Positions 54,031-63,041 of a DNA stretch of 64,000 bases are shown here, piece after piece; the stretch's first letter is position 1, and each line of letters opens with the position of its first letter. The notes beneath the pieces were generated by a model that saw only the letters and a list, made by a program, of their open reading frames with translations, was not told where the DNA came from and made no database searches. Source of the stretch: Sandaracinaceae bacterium (GTDB taxonomy: Bacteria > Myxococcota_A > Polyangia > Polyangiales > Sandaracinaceae); contig JBGAQA010000001.1 of the NCBI GenBank assembly GCA_044220955.1, positions 32,001 through 96,000 on the forward strand, given 5' to 3'. The translations under genes and the position numbers were made by a program.

Positions 54031-55158
54031 ATGCGACGCGCAGGCTGCGTCGTGCTCCTGTTCGCGCTCGCCTGCGGCGGATCGACGCCGGCCAGCGACG
54101 CGGCGGTCCTCGCGGACTCGGGCGCGCCGGGCGACGCCGGGCTCGACGCCAGCAGCTCGCCCTTCGTGCTCCCCACGGTCGCCGCCCGCTGTTCCGCGCC
54201 TGCGGATCGATCGAGCAGCGCGCTCGCCGTCACCGATGCCGTGCCGGAGCTCGCGCTCGCGCGTGGCGACACCGACCTCGCGCTCGCGTACGTCGTGCGC
54301 GCCGCTTCCCCGGCCCTCGCCCACTTCGATCTGCAGCGGCTCACGAGCGCGGGCGCCCCGACGGGCGCAGCGATCTCGCTCGGCCCCGTCGACATGGCGA
54401 TCCCCGGACAGGTGTCCGTCGCGCGCGACGGCTCGAGCTACCTCGCGTGCACGGTCACCGTCGGCAGCGTGTCGTGCTTCCGCGTCGACGACGCGGGGAC
54501 CTCGCGCGACGACCTGATGATCACCGACGCGACGGCGGTCGCGATCGCCGCGGGCCCGGGCGGCGTGATGGCCGCGTGGACGGCCGCGGGCGAGCTGCTC
54601 GTGGGACGCCTCGGATCGGCCGGCGCCCACGTCGCGACGAGCGGCGCCCGACCCTCGATCGCCGCGACGGACGTGGGGTTCGTGGTCGGGTACACCGTGG
54701 GCGCCGCCGCATACGTGGCGCCCGTCGATGCGAGCGGCGCTCCGGGACCGCCGGTCTCGCTCGGGGCGGCGCGGAGCGGCGGACAGGTCGCCGTCGCGTT
54801 CACGGGCGGCAGCACCGGCGCGAGCTTCATCGGGCCGAGCGGCGATGCGATGGCGGCCGTGGTCTCGGCGGGCACTCCTCACACGGTCACGGTCGGCCCC
54901 GGCGCTTCGAGCTACGGACGCGTCGCGATCGCCCGAGCGAGCGACGGGTTCTTCGCGACGTGGTCCGACTTCGGCGGCACGATCGGCGGTGCGTTCGTCG
55001 ACCTCTCGGGCGCCGTCACCGGGGCGGCCTATGCGCACGGCGTCGGCTGGGACGACAACGCGCACGACGTGATCGCCACCGACGCCGCGATCGTGCTCGC
55101 GACGAACACCACGCCTTCGGCGACACCGGTGGATCTGGCTCTCGTGGGGTGTCCGTAA
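54031..55158 (+). CDS. hypothetical beta-rich lipoprotein
   Basis: ALAC lipobox; repeated beta motifs. Confidence 0.75.
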   Translation: MRRAGCVVLLFALACGGSTPASDAAVLADSGAPGDAGLDASSSPFVLPTVAARCSAPADRSSSALAVTDAVPELALARGDTDLALAYVVRAASPALAHFDLQRLTSAGAPTGAAISLGPVDMAIPGQVSVARDGSSYLACTVTVGSVSCFRVDDAGTSRDDLMITDATAVAIAAGPGGVMAAWTAAGELLVGRLGSAGAHVATSGARPSIAATDVGFVVGYTVGAAAYVAPVDASGAPGPPVSLGAARSGGQVAVAFTGGSTGASFIGPSGDAMAAVVSAGTPHTVTVGPGASSYGRVAIARASDGFFATWSDFGGTIGGAFVDLSGAVTGAAYAHGVGWDDNAHDVIATDAAIVLATNTTPSATPVDLALVGCP

Positions 55159-55181
55159 TCCACTACTCTCGGGCTCTGCCC

Positions 55182-56756
55182 GTGAGCCGCCGTCTCCCCG
55201 TGATCTGGCTCTGCGCGATCGGGGTCACGCTCCTGCTCGCGGCGTGCACGAGCGACGCGGCCGCCGCGACGCAGGCATGGCACGCGGCGCTGCGTGACTG
55301 GGAACAGACGCGCAACCCCGCGGCATACGGCGCGTGGCTCGCGATCGACGAGCGCTTCCCCGAGGGCCAGGAAGCGCACCGCCGGATCCGCGAGGCGGAC
55401 CGCCTCTACCGCGACGGCATCGCGCGGGTGGCCGCGGGAGATCCGACCGCACGCGAGCCCTTCGAGGAGGCCGTTCGCACGGCGCCGATGGATCCGCGCC
55501 TCTACCTCCCGCTCGCGCGCGCGTTCCGCGCGCAGGCCGAGCTGGCGCCCGACAACCCGCACCTGTTCATCCGGGCCGCCGAGTACTACCGGAAGTTCCT
55601 CACGCTCGCGCCCGAGGACCCGGACCACGAGGTCGCCCGCCGCGAGCTCGAGGAGCTCGACCCCGAGTCGGCGCTGGTCGCACCGCTCGACGTTCCCGCC
55701 GCCACACCGACGCTGCCCGACGACACGGGACCGTTCTCGAGCCCGCTGGTGGCCGCCACCGCGCTGAGTGGTCTCGCGTTCCTGCTCGCGCTCGCCGCGC
55801 TGCTCGTCATCCTCGGGCGGCCCTCGGGCCGCTCGCTCGCGGAGCTGGCCGAGAAGCGCCCGGAGCTGCACCCCGCGATCGCCTACCTCGTCTCGAGCCT
55901 CCGCCACGAGCTGCTCAAGCACCGCATCGGCGCGGTCTCGTCGGGGATCGACGCGCTCGCCGAGGGACGTGCGAGCTCACCGCAGCGCGAGTTCGTGAGC
56001 ACGCGTCTGTACGGAGGCGAGCCGCTCGCAGACGCCTGGGAGGGGCACCTGCGCGCCTTCGAGCGCGCGCTGGGTCCCGAGCTGGATCTGCGGCGGCGCG
56101 ACCGGACGTTCCGGCTCGCGGCGCGCGCGATCGCGGAGATCGGCCGCCTCGAGGGACCGCTCACGCGAGGCGACGCCCGCGCCAGCCGGCGCCTGCGCGC
56201 CGCGCACGCCGAGCTCGGGAGGCTCGACCGCGAGCTCGCGGCGCTCGTCGCCCGCATGGTCCGGACCCGCGTCGACGACATGCTGCTGCGCGAGATCCTC
56301 GACGACGTGCGCACCGAGTACGCCGCCTCGCGCGTGCCGCTCGGCGCCGTGGCGATCGAGACGCCACACCCCGCCCCCGAGATCGAGGTGTTCCGCGTCG
56401 ATCTCGTGCTCGTGCTGAAGAACGTGCTCCGCAACGCCATCCTCGCGGTCGGTCGCATGGATCCCCCGGGACGCGTGAAGGTGGAGGTCGTCGTCGAGCT
56501 CGAGGCGACCGGTGAGGAGAACGTCGTCCTGCGCGTGCTCGACACCTCGAGCGAGACGCTGACGACCGAGGCGATCTACGAGCGCCGCGTGGACCGGGGG
56601 CTGGGGCTCGTGACCGCCGCGCTGACGCGATACGACGGCGCGATCGTGGTCGAGCCGGCCGATCCACCCTGGGCCAAGGCCGTCGCGCTCCGCTTCTTCC
56701 GCGCGTTCGGCGACGCCCCGGACGAAGACGACGGCGGACCGACCGAGCGCGCCTGA
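55182..56756 (+). CDS. atypical membrane sensor histidine kinase (lipobox-TPR-TM-HisKA-like-HATPase)
   Basis: LAAC; TPR; TM; SLRHELLKH; LKNVLRNAI (N-box); LRVLDTS; RGLGL. Confidence 0.72.
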   Translation: MSRRLPVIWLCAIGVTLLLAACTSDAAAATQAWHAALRDWEQTRNPAAYGAWLAIDERFPEGQEAHRRIREADRLYRDGIARVAAGDPTAREPFEEAVRTAPMDPRLYLPLARAFRAQAELAPDNPHLFIRAAEYYRKFLTLAPEDPDHEVARRELEELDPESALVAPLDVPAATPTLPDDTGPFSSPLVAATALSGLAFLLALAALLVILGRPSGRSLAELAEKRPELHPAIAYLVSSLRHELLKHRIGAVSSGIDALAEGRASSPQREFVSTRLYGGEPLADAWEGHLRAFERALGPELDLRRRDRTFRLAARAIAEIGRLEGPLTRGDARASRRLRAAHAELGRLDRELAALVARMVRTRVDDMLLREILDDVRTEYAASRVPLGAVAIETPHPAPEIEVFRVDLVLVLKNVLRNAILAVGRMDPPGRVKVEVVVELEATGEENVVLRVLDTSSETLTTEAIYERRVDRGLGLVTAALTRYDGAIVVEPADPPWAKAVALRFFRAFGDAPDEDDGGPTERA

Positions 56757-57232
56757 TGGCGCTACCATGCGAGCGCGTGGCCAGAGGGAAGATGCTCGTC
56801 GTCGAGGACGGCTCCGAGTACGAGGAATTCGCCAAGACGTTCCTCGGAGATCGCTACGACGTCGTGTCCGTGCACTCCGCCGCCGAGGCGCTCGGCGCCC
56901 TGCGAGCAGGCCCCTTCGACGCGCTGCTCGTGGACCTCCGCTTCGAGCGAGCCCCGGCGAGCGTGCTCGTGGGTGACGTCGAGAGCACCGCGCGCCGTCT
57001 CTTCGGCGGAGACCGGACGCGCGCCCTGCGCTGGATCAAGGACCAGCAAGGCACGCTGGTGCTGGCCGAGATCCGCAAGGCGGGCTTCGCTCAGCGCGCG
57101 GTGTTCGTGCACGACTTCCCCGAGGAGCGCCTGCGCAACCTCGCCAAGCTCTACGGCGACGTGCACGCCGTGCCGGGGTTCGACGCGGCCGCGATCGGCG
57201 CGCTCTTCGCCACCGAGGGCCCGGCGCGATGA
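56756..57232 (+). CDS. atypical single-domain response regulator
   Basis: LVVED, SAAEAL, DALLVD; TGATG overlap. Confidence 0.75.
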   Translation: MALPCERVARGKMLVVEDGSEYEEFAKTFLGDRYDVVSVHSAAEALGALRAGPFDALLVDLRFERAPASVLVGDVESTARRLFGGDRTRALRWIKDQQGTLVLAEIRKAGFAQRAVFVHDFPEERLRNLAKLYGDVHAVPGFDAAAIGALFATEGPAR

Positions 57233-57594
57233 GGGAGCCCAAGGACGTGGTGGCGCGCAAGCTCGCCCACGACGTGGGCAAGTACGTCTCACGCGCGGCG
57301 CGCAACCTCCCGCCGAAGGGCGCGATCCCGGGCGTCCTCGTCGACATGCTCTTCCGCGACGTGTTCGGCACGCTCTCCGGCGGTGCCACGCCGGGCGAGC
57401 GCTTCGAGGCGCTCGCCCGCGATCTCGCGACCGACGACCCCCGCATCGACGACGTGCGCAGGCGCTTCGCACGCATCGCGGCGCTGGAGAAGGAGCTCGC
57501 CGCGGGCACGGAGCTCGTCGTGCGCTCGGTCGCCGCGGACGCGCTCGCCATCGAGCAGGCGCTCGCCTCGCTCGCGAGGGACCTCTCTCGATGA
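57229..57594 (+). CDS. small helical protein with His-box-like AHDVGKY
   Basis: ATGA overlaps at both ends. Confidence 0.75.
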   Translation: MREPKDVVARKLAHDVGKYVSRAARNLPPKGAIPGVLVDMLFRDVFGTLSGGATPGERFEALARDLATDDPRIDDVRRRFARIAALEKELAAGTELVVRSVAADALAIEQALASLARDLSR

Positions 57595-59279
57595 GCGAGC
57601 GGCGACCGAAGCTGCTCATCGTCGACGACGGTGACCGCTACGTCGAGCTCGGGCACGCGCTGCTGCGGGACTACGACTACGCGACGCGCTGCGATCTCCC
57701 GGGCCCCTGCTGGGAGTGCGAGCGCCGCCCCGACTGCACGCTCACGCATGCGCACGACGCGGCCGAGGCCGAGGAGGCGCTCCGCAAGAACCGCGACGTC
57801 GACGTGGTACTGCTCGACGTCGCCTTCGACGTGCCCGTCGAGCGCCTGCTGCCCTCGAGCGAGAAGAACCTCGAGCGGCGCCGACGGCTGCAGGGAATCG
57901 AGATCCTGGCGCACCTGCGCCGCGCGCGCGCCGATCTGCCGGTCATCTTGATGACGTCGGAGGAGCAGCTCGCGTACCAGGACGCAGCCGAGGCGCTCGC
58001 CGTGGACGAGTTCGCGTCGCTGGCGGGGGAGGCGGCGTTCGACGCGCGCGCGCTCTCCCTGCTCGTCGAGCGCGTGCTCGCGCGCCACGCCGACTCACCG
58101 GAAGCGGGCGGCTACACGTGGGGCAGCTCCCAGGCGATGGCCCGCCTGCGCCGTGACGCGAGCGCGCTCGCCCGAACGTCGCTGCCGATCCTGGTGCTCG
58201 GCGAGCCCGGCACGGGCAAGAGCGCGCTCGCCGAGCGCGTCCTGCACCCGCTCACGCGGCGCAAAGGGCCCTTCGTGGCCGTCGACCTCGCGTCCATCCC
58301 CGAGACGCTCGTCGCCTCCGAGCTCTTCGGCACGACGCGCGGCGCGTTCAGCGGCGCGGTCGATCGACGCGGGCGCTTCGAGGAGGCGAGCGGAGGCACG
58401 CTCTTCCTCGACGAGGTCGGCAACCTCCCGCCCGAGGCGCAGCGCATGCTCCTCTTGGCGCTCCAGGACTCGCGCATCACCCGACTCGGCGAGAGCGCCC
58501 CGCGCCCCGTCGACGTGAAGCTCGTCGCAGCCACCAACGCCGACCTCGCGGCCCGCGTGCGAGCGGGGACGTTCCGCGCAGACCTCTACGCCCGCCTCAA
58601 CCCGGCGGCACGCCTCACGATGCCGCCGCTGCGCGAGCGCATGGACGATCTCGACGTGCTCGCCAAGGCGCTCCTCAAGAAGAAGCTGGCGGGCGGCGCC
58701 GACCGGGAGCTGCTCGCCGACTACCTCGAGGCAACGCAGCTCTCGGGGACTCCGCACGCGGAGCTGCACCTCGGGCGCGTACCGAGGCAGCTCGATCGCG
58801 GCGTGGCGCTCGTGCTCTCGAAGAGCAGCGTGCGCGAGCTACGCGGCCACTCGTTCCCCGGAAACGTTCGCGAGCTCGAGCTGCTCGTGGCGAACGCCGC
58901 CGTGTTCACGATCGCCGACGCGCTGAGCGCCGCGCACGAGGGGCGCGCCCAGGCGGGCGCGCGCATCCTGCCGATCCCGGAGAAGCTCGTCCGCGAGCTG
59001 CTCGGCGCGGGCGCGCCGGAGCCGCGGCGCGAGCGGGCCGCGCGAGGCCGCGCCGAGCTCGAGGTGCGACCCTCCCCGACACTGCACGGCGTCGCGCACC
59101 ACCTCGAGCGCCAGCTCTACGAGCGCCTCTTCGCCGAGACGGCCGGCGACTTCGAGGCGATGGCGCAGCGACTGCTCGACGCTCCCGGTCCGACCGGCGC
59201 CCGGAAGGTCCGGCTCCGCTTCAACCAGCTGGGCCTGAAGGCCCGTGGCGGGGGCAGGCCGAAAGTAGACGATTCATAG
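57591..59279 (+). CDS. sigma54-dependent activator with atypical Cys-containing receiver domain
   Basis: LLIVDD, VLLD; GEPGTGKS, GAFSGA, LFLDE, FRADLY, FPGNVREL. Confidence 0.9.
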   Translation: MSERRPKLLIVDDGDRYVELGHALLRDYDYATRCDLPGPCWECERRPDCTLTHAHDAAEAEEALRKNRDVDVVLLDVAFDVPVERLLPSSEKNLERRRRLQGIEILAHLRRARADLPVILMTSEEQLAYQDAAEALAVDEFASLAGEAAFDARALSLLVERVLARHADSPEAGGYTWGSSQAMARLRRDASALARTSLPILVLGEPGTGKSALAERVLHPLTRRKGPFVAVDLASIPETLVASELFGTTRGAFSGAVDRRGRFEEASGGTLFLDEVGNLPPEAQRMLLLALQDSRITRLGESAPRPVDVKLVAATNADLAARVRAGTFRADLYARLNPAARLTMPPLRERMDDLDVLAKALLKKKLAGGADRELLADYLEATQLSGTPHAELHLGRVPRQLDRGVALVLSKSSVRELRGHSFPGNVRELELLVANAAVFTIADALSAAHEGRAQAGARILPIPEKLVRELLGAGAPEPRRERAARGRAELEVRPSPTLHGVAHHLERQLYERLFAETAGDFEAMAQRLLDAPGPTGARKVRLRFNQLGLKARGGGRPKVDDS

Positions 59280-59354
59280 AATCACGAAGATACGTTTGGT
59301 AGCAATCTCCGGCCGGACGTCGCGCGAGGCCCTGGAATCACGTGGGTTCTTCGC

Positions 59355-59370
59355 TGGCGCGGCGCTCGCA
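59355..59370 (+). promoter_or_regulatory. putative sigma54 promoter
   Basis: TGGCGCGGCGCTCGCA = GG-N10-GC, 28 nt before ATG 59399. Confidence 0.55.
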
Positions 59371-59398
59371 TCGTCTCCCCCTCGAAAGGCAGGCGACG

Positions 59399-60142
59399 AT
59401 GGCGACGGAGACGAAGGCGGACTCGAGCGTGGTGATGGCTCTCTCGGAGCTCGTGCGGATGGAGCAGGACCGCATCGAGAGCGACCGGGAGCGTGAGGCC
59501 AGGCGTGCTCTCGAGGCGCGCGCGGAGCGCGAGCGCGCCGAGGCCGAGCGCCACGAGGCCGAGCGCCGCGAGGCCGAGCGGGCGGCGCGCGAGGCGAAGG
59601 TCGCCGAGGCGGAGGCGCGCCTTCGCCTGGAGGCCGACCGCGAGCGCGACCAGCGCATCGCCGCGATGCGCGCCGAGCTCGCGCGGGTCGAGGCCGAGCG
59701 TGGCGCGCTGCGGGCCGACCTCGAGAGCCGCCTCGGCAAGAGCGAGCCGGCGCGACCGAACGGCTGGGCGCTCGCGTTCGGGCTCTCCAGCCTCGTCGCA
59801 GCGAGCCTCGCGGGCCTCTTGGTCGTCCAGGGTGCGCAGGGCGCGGCGCAGCCGGTCGCCACGCTAGAGGTGCGGGCGCCCGCCTCCGCGCCGGCGACCG
59901 AGCCCGTCGCAGCGCCCGTGCAGAGCGCGCGCGTCGAGGCGCCGCCCGTCCCGGAGACGGCCACGGTCGCGACGAGCGCGGCGCCGCGAGGTCACCACCA
60001 TCACGTCCGCACGCAGACCGACGCGACGACGACGACGACCGGTCACGCGACCGACCTCGTGGGCCTCGACATCGACGAGGGAAGTGACGACGTCCTCGGC
60101 CCCGACCTCGCGCGCGACGCACACCGAAGCCTCGAGCATTGA
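59399..60142 (+). CDS. coiled-coil, single-TM hypothetical protein
   Basis: SSVVMALSELVRMEQDRI, E/R/A coiled coil, TM helix, low-complexity tail. Confidence 0.8.
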   Translation: MATETKADSSVVMALSELVRMEQDRIESDREREARRALEARAERERAEAERHEAERREAERAAREAKVAEAEARLRLEADRERDQRIAAMRAELARVEAERGALRADLESRLGKSEPARPNGWALAFGLSSLVAASLAGLLVVQGAQGAAQPVATLEVRAPASAPATEPVAAPVQSARVEAPPVPETATVATSAAPRGHHHHVRTQTDATTTTTGHATDLVGLDIDEGSDDVLGPDLARDAHRSLEH

Positions 60143-60185
60143 CCTGGCGCGCGCCGTGATAGTCTCCGGCGCTCGGAGGTAGGTC

Positions 60186-60590
60186 ATGGTGAAGCTCGTC
60201 AGGGTTCTCGGTGTCGGTCTCGGACTCACGGTCGCCGCCTGCGGCGGTGGCGGCGGCAGCACGACCGGCTCCGGCGACGGCACGACGAGCGGCGGCGACA
60301 CCTCGGCTCAGTATGCCGGGCCCATCGGCTCGACCGACACGGCGCAGGGCGACTCGCGGTACCACGCGGTCTGCGCGTCGTGCCACGACAACGGCGCGCC
60401 CCCGCTCGCGAACCTCGGGTGGACGACGGCGCACATGCGCCAGCAGATCCGCGAGGGCTCGGCGAACATGCCGGCCATCCGCGCGGCCCGCCTCAGCGAC
60501 GCCGACATGGAGGCGGTGCTCGCGTACCTGCAGACGATCGGCGCGCTCGCCGCCGACGGCGCGACGCCCGCCGCGCCCGCGGCGCAGTAG
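60186..60590 (+). CDS. monoheme cytochrome c lipoprotein
   Basis: GGAGGT RBS; VAAC; CASCH; distal NMP. Confidence 0.9.
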   Translation: MVKLVRVLGVGLGLTVAACGGGGGSTTGSGDGTTSGGDTSAQYAGPIGSTDTAQGDSRYHAVCASCHDNGAPPLANLGWTTAHMRQQIREGSANMPAIRAARLSDADMEAVLAYLQTIGALAADGATPAAPAAQ

Positions 60591-60607
60591 CCGAGGCCCG
60601 CGGCCCC

Positions 60608-61231
60608 TCAGCGGAACGGGCGAACGACCGGGGGCGTCTCCAGCACGCTCCGCGCGAACGCGTACCAGCGCTGGGACTCGGCGCGGTCCGCGTCGGCCCG
60701 CTCCATGATGATGCGGTGGTGGAGGCGCACCTGCTCGGGACCGTCGGGATCCGGGACCGAGAGCAGCAAGCGCTGCGCCTTGGTGCGGAAGTGATCTCCG
60801 AGCGCACGCCCGACGACGACGATGCCCGCGAGGTCGACCATCGCGAGCCCGTCGTCGGGGAGGCGCAGGTGACGCATCACGCGGGTGAGGTCGGTGCCGG
60901 AGGAGCGCGCCGCGGTGCGGATCTCGGCCAGCGTCTTGCGCGGTAGCACCTCGCCGCGATCGAGATCCACGCCGACGCGGCGTGCGTCGATGATGACCTC
61001 GCGCTTGAGCGTGTCGTCTCCGAGGTCGAGCACGATCTCGCGGACCGGCTCCTCGATGCGGGCCCGGGAGATGCCGCGGAGCGGACCGGTGCTCTCGGAG
61101 ACCGCGGCGACGGCCTTGCGCCAGCGGAAGCGCTCCGGCTGGCGCGCGCGCACGATGTGCACCGCCCGCTTCAGCTCTTCGCGGCGCTTCCAGTAATCGA
61201 CCGCATCGGTCACGCGCGAACCGTCGTACAT
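60608..61231 (-). CDS. conserved hypothetical protein
   Basis: GGAGGAG RBS before MYDGSRV; coding-like composition. Confidence 0.75.
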   Translation of the reverse strand: MYDGSRVTDAVDYWKRREELKRAVHIVRARQPERFRWRKAVAAVSESTGPLRGISRARIEEPVREIVLDLGDDTLKREVIIDARRVGVDLDRGEVLPRKTLAEIRTAARSSGTDLTRVMRHLRLPDDGLAMVDLAGIVVVGRALGDHFRTKAQRLLLSVPDPDGPEQVRLHHRIIMERADADRAESQRWYAFARSVLETPPVVRPFR

Positions 61232-61325
61232 GGCTCCTCCGAAGGACGGGGTATCGCTGCCCGCCGGAAGAACCGTCAAGAAATCGGGGTTGCGCGGTCG
61301 CGATCGCGGCCTAACTTCGGCCGCC

Positions 61326-61664
61326 ATGCCGACGTACGACTACGCCTGTGAGAGCTGCGGCCACAAGTGGGACGTGGAGCAGCGGATGAGCGAGGACCCC
61401 ATCCGCAAGTGCCCCAAGTGCGGAAAGCTCAAGGCGAAGCGCCAGATCACCGGGGGCAACTTCATCCTCAAGGGCGGCGGCTGGTACTCGGACCTCTACT
61501 CCTCGTCGTCGAAGAGCACGAAGACCTCCGCCTCGGACACGGGCTCTTCGTCGTCGCCCGAGACGAAGAGCGAGCCGAAGTCCGAGAGCCCGAAGTCCGA
61601 GAGTCCGAAGACGGAGACGAAGTCCGAGGCGAAGCCCGCCAAGAAGGCGGCCTCGAAGGACTGA
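61326..61664 (+). CDS. FmdB-family zinc-ribbon protein
   Basis: MPTYDYACESCG..CPKCG..FILKGGGWY; S/K/E-rich tail. Confidence 0.92.
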   Translation: MPTYDYACESCGHKWDVEQRMSEDPIRKCPKCGKLKAKRQITGGNFILKGGGWYSDLYSSSSKSTKTSASDTGSSSSPETKSEPKSESPKSESPKTETKSEAKPAKKAASKD

Positions 61665-61668
61665 ATGA

Positions 61669-61700
61669 CCGATCACGATTCGGGACAGAATCGTTGACGG
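61669..61700. terminator. hairpin between convergent genes
   Basis: ACGATTC-gggaca-GAATCGT core stem, extendable. Confidence 0.45.
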
Positions 61701-61704
61701 GCGG

Positions 61705-62511
61705 TCAGCGGCTCCCGAGCTCCTCGCGCTTCTTGAGCTCGGAGAGGGCGCTCTCGAGCTCGGCCATCTCGGCCTCGCTCATCTCTTCTTCCTTCGACGC
61801 TTCCTCGTCGACGCGCGCGGCCACCTTGGGCTCCGCAGCGAGGATGCCCATCTCGCGCTTGAGCGCCTCGAGATCCGCGTCCGCGCCGGCCGTCGCCTCG
61901 AGCTTGGCGAACTTCGTGCGGAGCACGTCGCCGGTCGACTCCTCCTGGAGCTCGCCCGCCGCCTCGACCTCGGCCTCGCGCTGCTCGATCTTCTGCTCCA
62001 TCCGCTGGAAGGCGTCGAAGGCGCTCGTGTCCGAGAGCTTCCCCATCGCCTTCTGGATCTCCTCCATCGCCTTCGCGCGGTTGTTGCGCGCGATGAGGAG
62101 ATCCTTCTTCCGCTTGGCCTCGCCGATCTTGTTGTTCAGCGCCTGGAGCGCGAGCTTGACCTGGTTGACGGCCTGCGACTGCTTCCTGAACTGCTCCTCG
62201 TAGCCCTTCGCGAGCTGGTCGTGCTCCTTCTTGCGGAGCAGCGCTTCCTTCGCGAGCTCGTCGTCACCCGCGCGGACGGCCAGCATCGCCTTCTTGTGCC
62301 ACTCGTCCGTGACGGCCTTCTCGCCCTGCCACTGCCGCTCGAGTCGCTTCTGGTCGGCGATCGCGACGGCGACCTGCTTCTTGACCTCGACGAGCTGCGC
62401 GTTCATGTCGAGGATGATCTGCGAGAGCATCTTCTCGGGGTCTTCCGACTTCGAGATGAGGTCGTTGAGGTTGCTCTTGATGAGCGTCGCGACGCGTCCG
62501 AAGAAGCCCAT
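61705..62511 (-). CDS. pspA: PspA/IM30 family protein
   Basis: MGFFGRV..IKSNLNDLISKSEDPEKML; coiled coil; AFQRMEQKI. Confidence 0.93.
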   Translation of the reverse strand: MGFFGRVATLIKSNLNDLISKSEDPEKMLSQIILDMNAQLVEVKKQVAVAIADQKRLERQWQGEKAVTDEWHKKAMLAVRAGDDELAKEALLRKKEHDQLAKGYEEQFRKQSQAVNQVKLALQALNNKIGEAKRKKDLLIARNNRAKAMEEIQKAMGKLSDTSAFDAFQRMEQKIEQREAEVEAAGELQEESTGDVLRTKFAKLEATAGADADLEALKREMGILAAEPKVAARVDEEASKEEEMSEAEMAELESALSELKKREELGSR

Positions 62512-62541
62512 GTTCGTGCTCTCTCCTGTTCTGCTTCTTCG

Positions 62542-62937
62542 TCAGCTCTTGCGGAACGCGGCGAAGCTCGGGACGTGCTTGCTGAGCGCCACGCCGAAGT
62601 CGTCGAGCGTTCCGACCAGCTCGTTGTAGTCGAGGTTCTCCATGCGCAGGGACGAGGTCAGCACCAGACGCCCGCCCGCGATGCCGTAGGCGCCGTGAAC
62701 CATGTCGCTGGCGTTGAGCTCCAGGCAGCGCTGGTTCAGGGCGTCCTTCTTGGCCGGATCGACCGACTCGAGGTCGAGCACGTTGACGCGGAAGAGCGCG
62801 ACGTCGTCGGACATCTTGAGCACGATCTGCTCGTTCGCGCCCGACACGTCGGACACGACCCAGGTTCCCTCTTCGATCTCGCGGTGGGGGTACTTGGATC
62901 GCGTGAGGTAGGCCTCGATGTCTTCTTTCGTGCGCAT
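62542..62937 (-). CDS. CesT/YbjN-type (T3SS chaperone fold) protein
   Basis: CLELNASDMVHGAYGI..LRMENLD; size and pspA context. Confidence 0.75.
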   Translation of the reverse strand: MRTKEDIEAYLTRSKYPHREIEEGTWVVSDVSGANEQIVLKMSDDVALFRVNVLDLESVDPAKKDALNQRCLELNASDMVHGAYGIAGGRLVLTSSLRMENLDYNELVGTLDDFGVALSKHVPSFAAFRKS

Positions 62938-63041
62938 CCCCAGCTCCGTCTAGCGCGCGACTATACCGCCGATGCACGGACCAACACGAGCGCCGCTCGT
63001 GTCATTCCAAGGCAGCGTTCCGGGCCCATCGGGGCCCGCGA

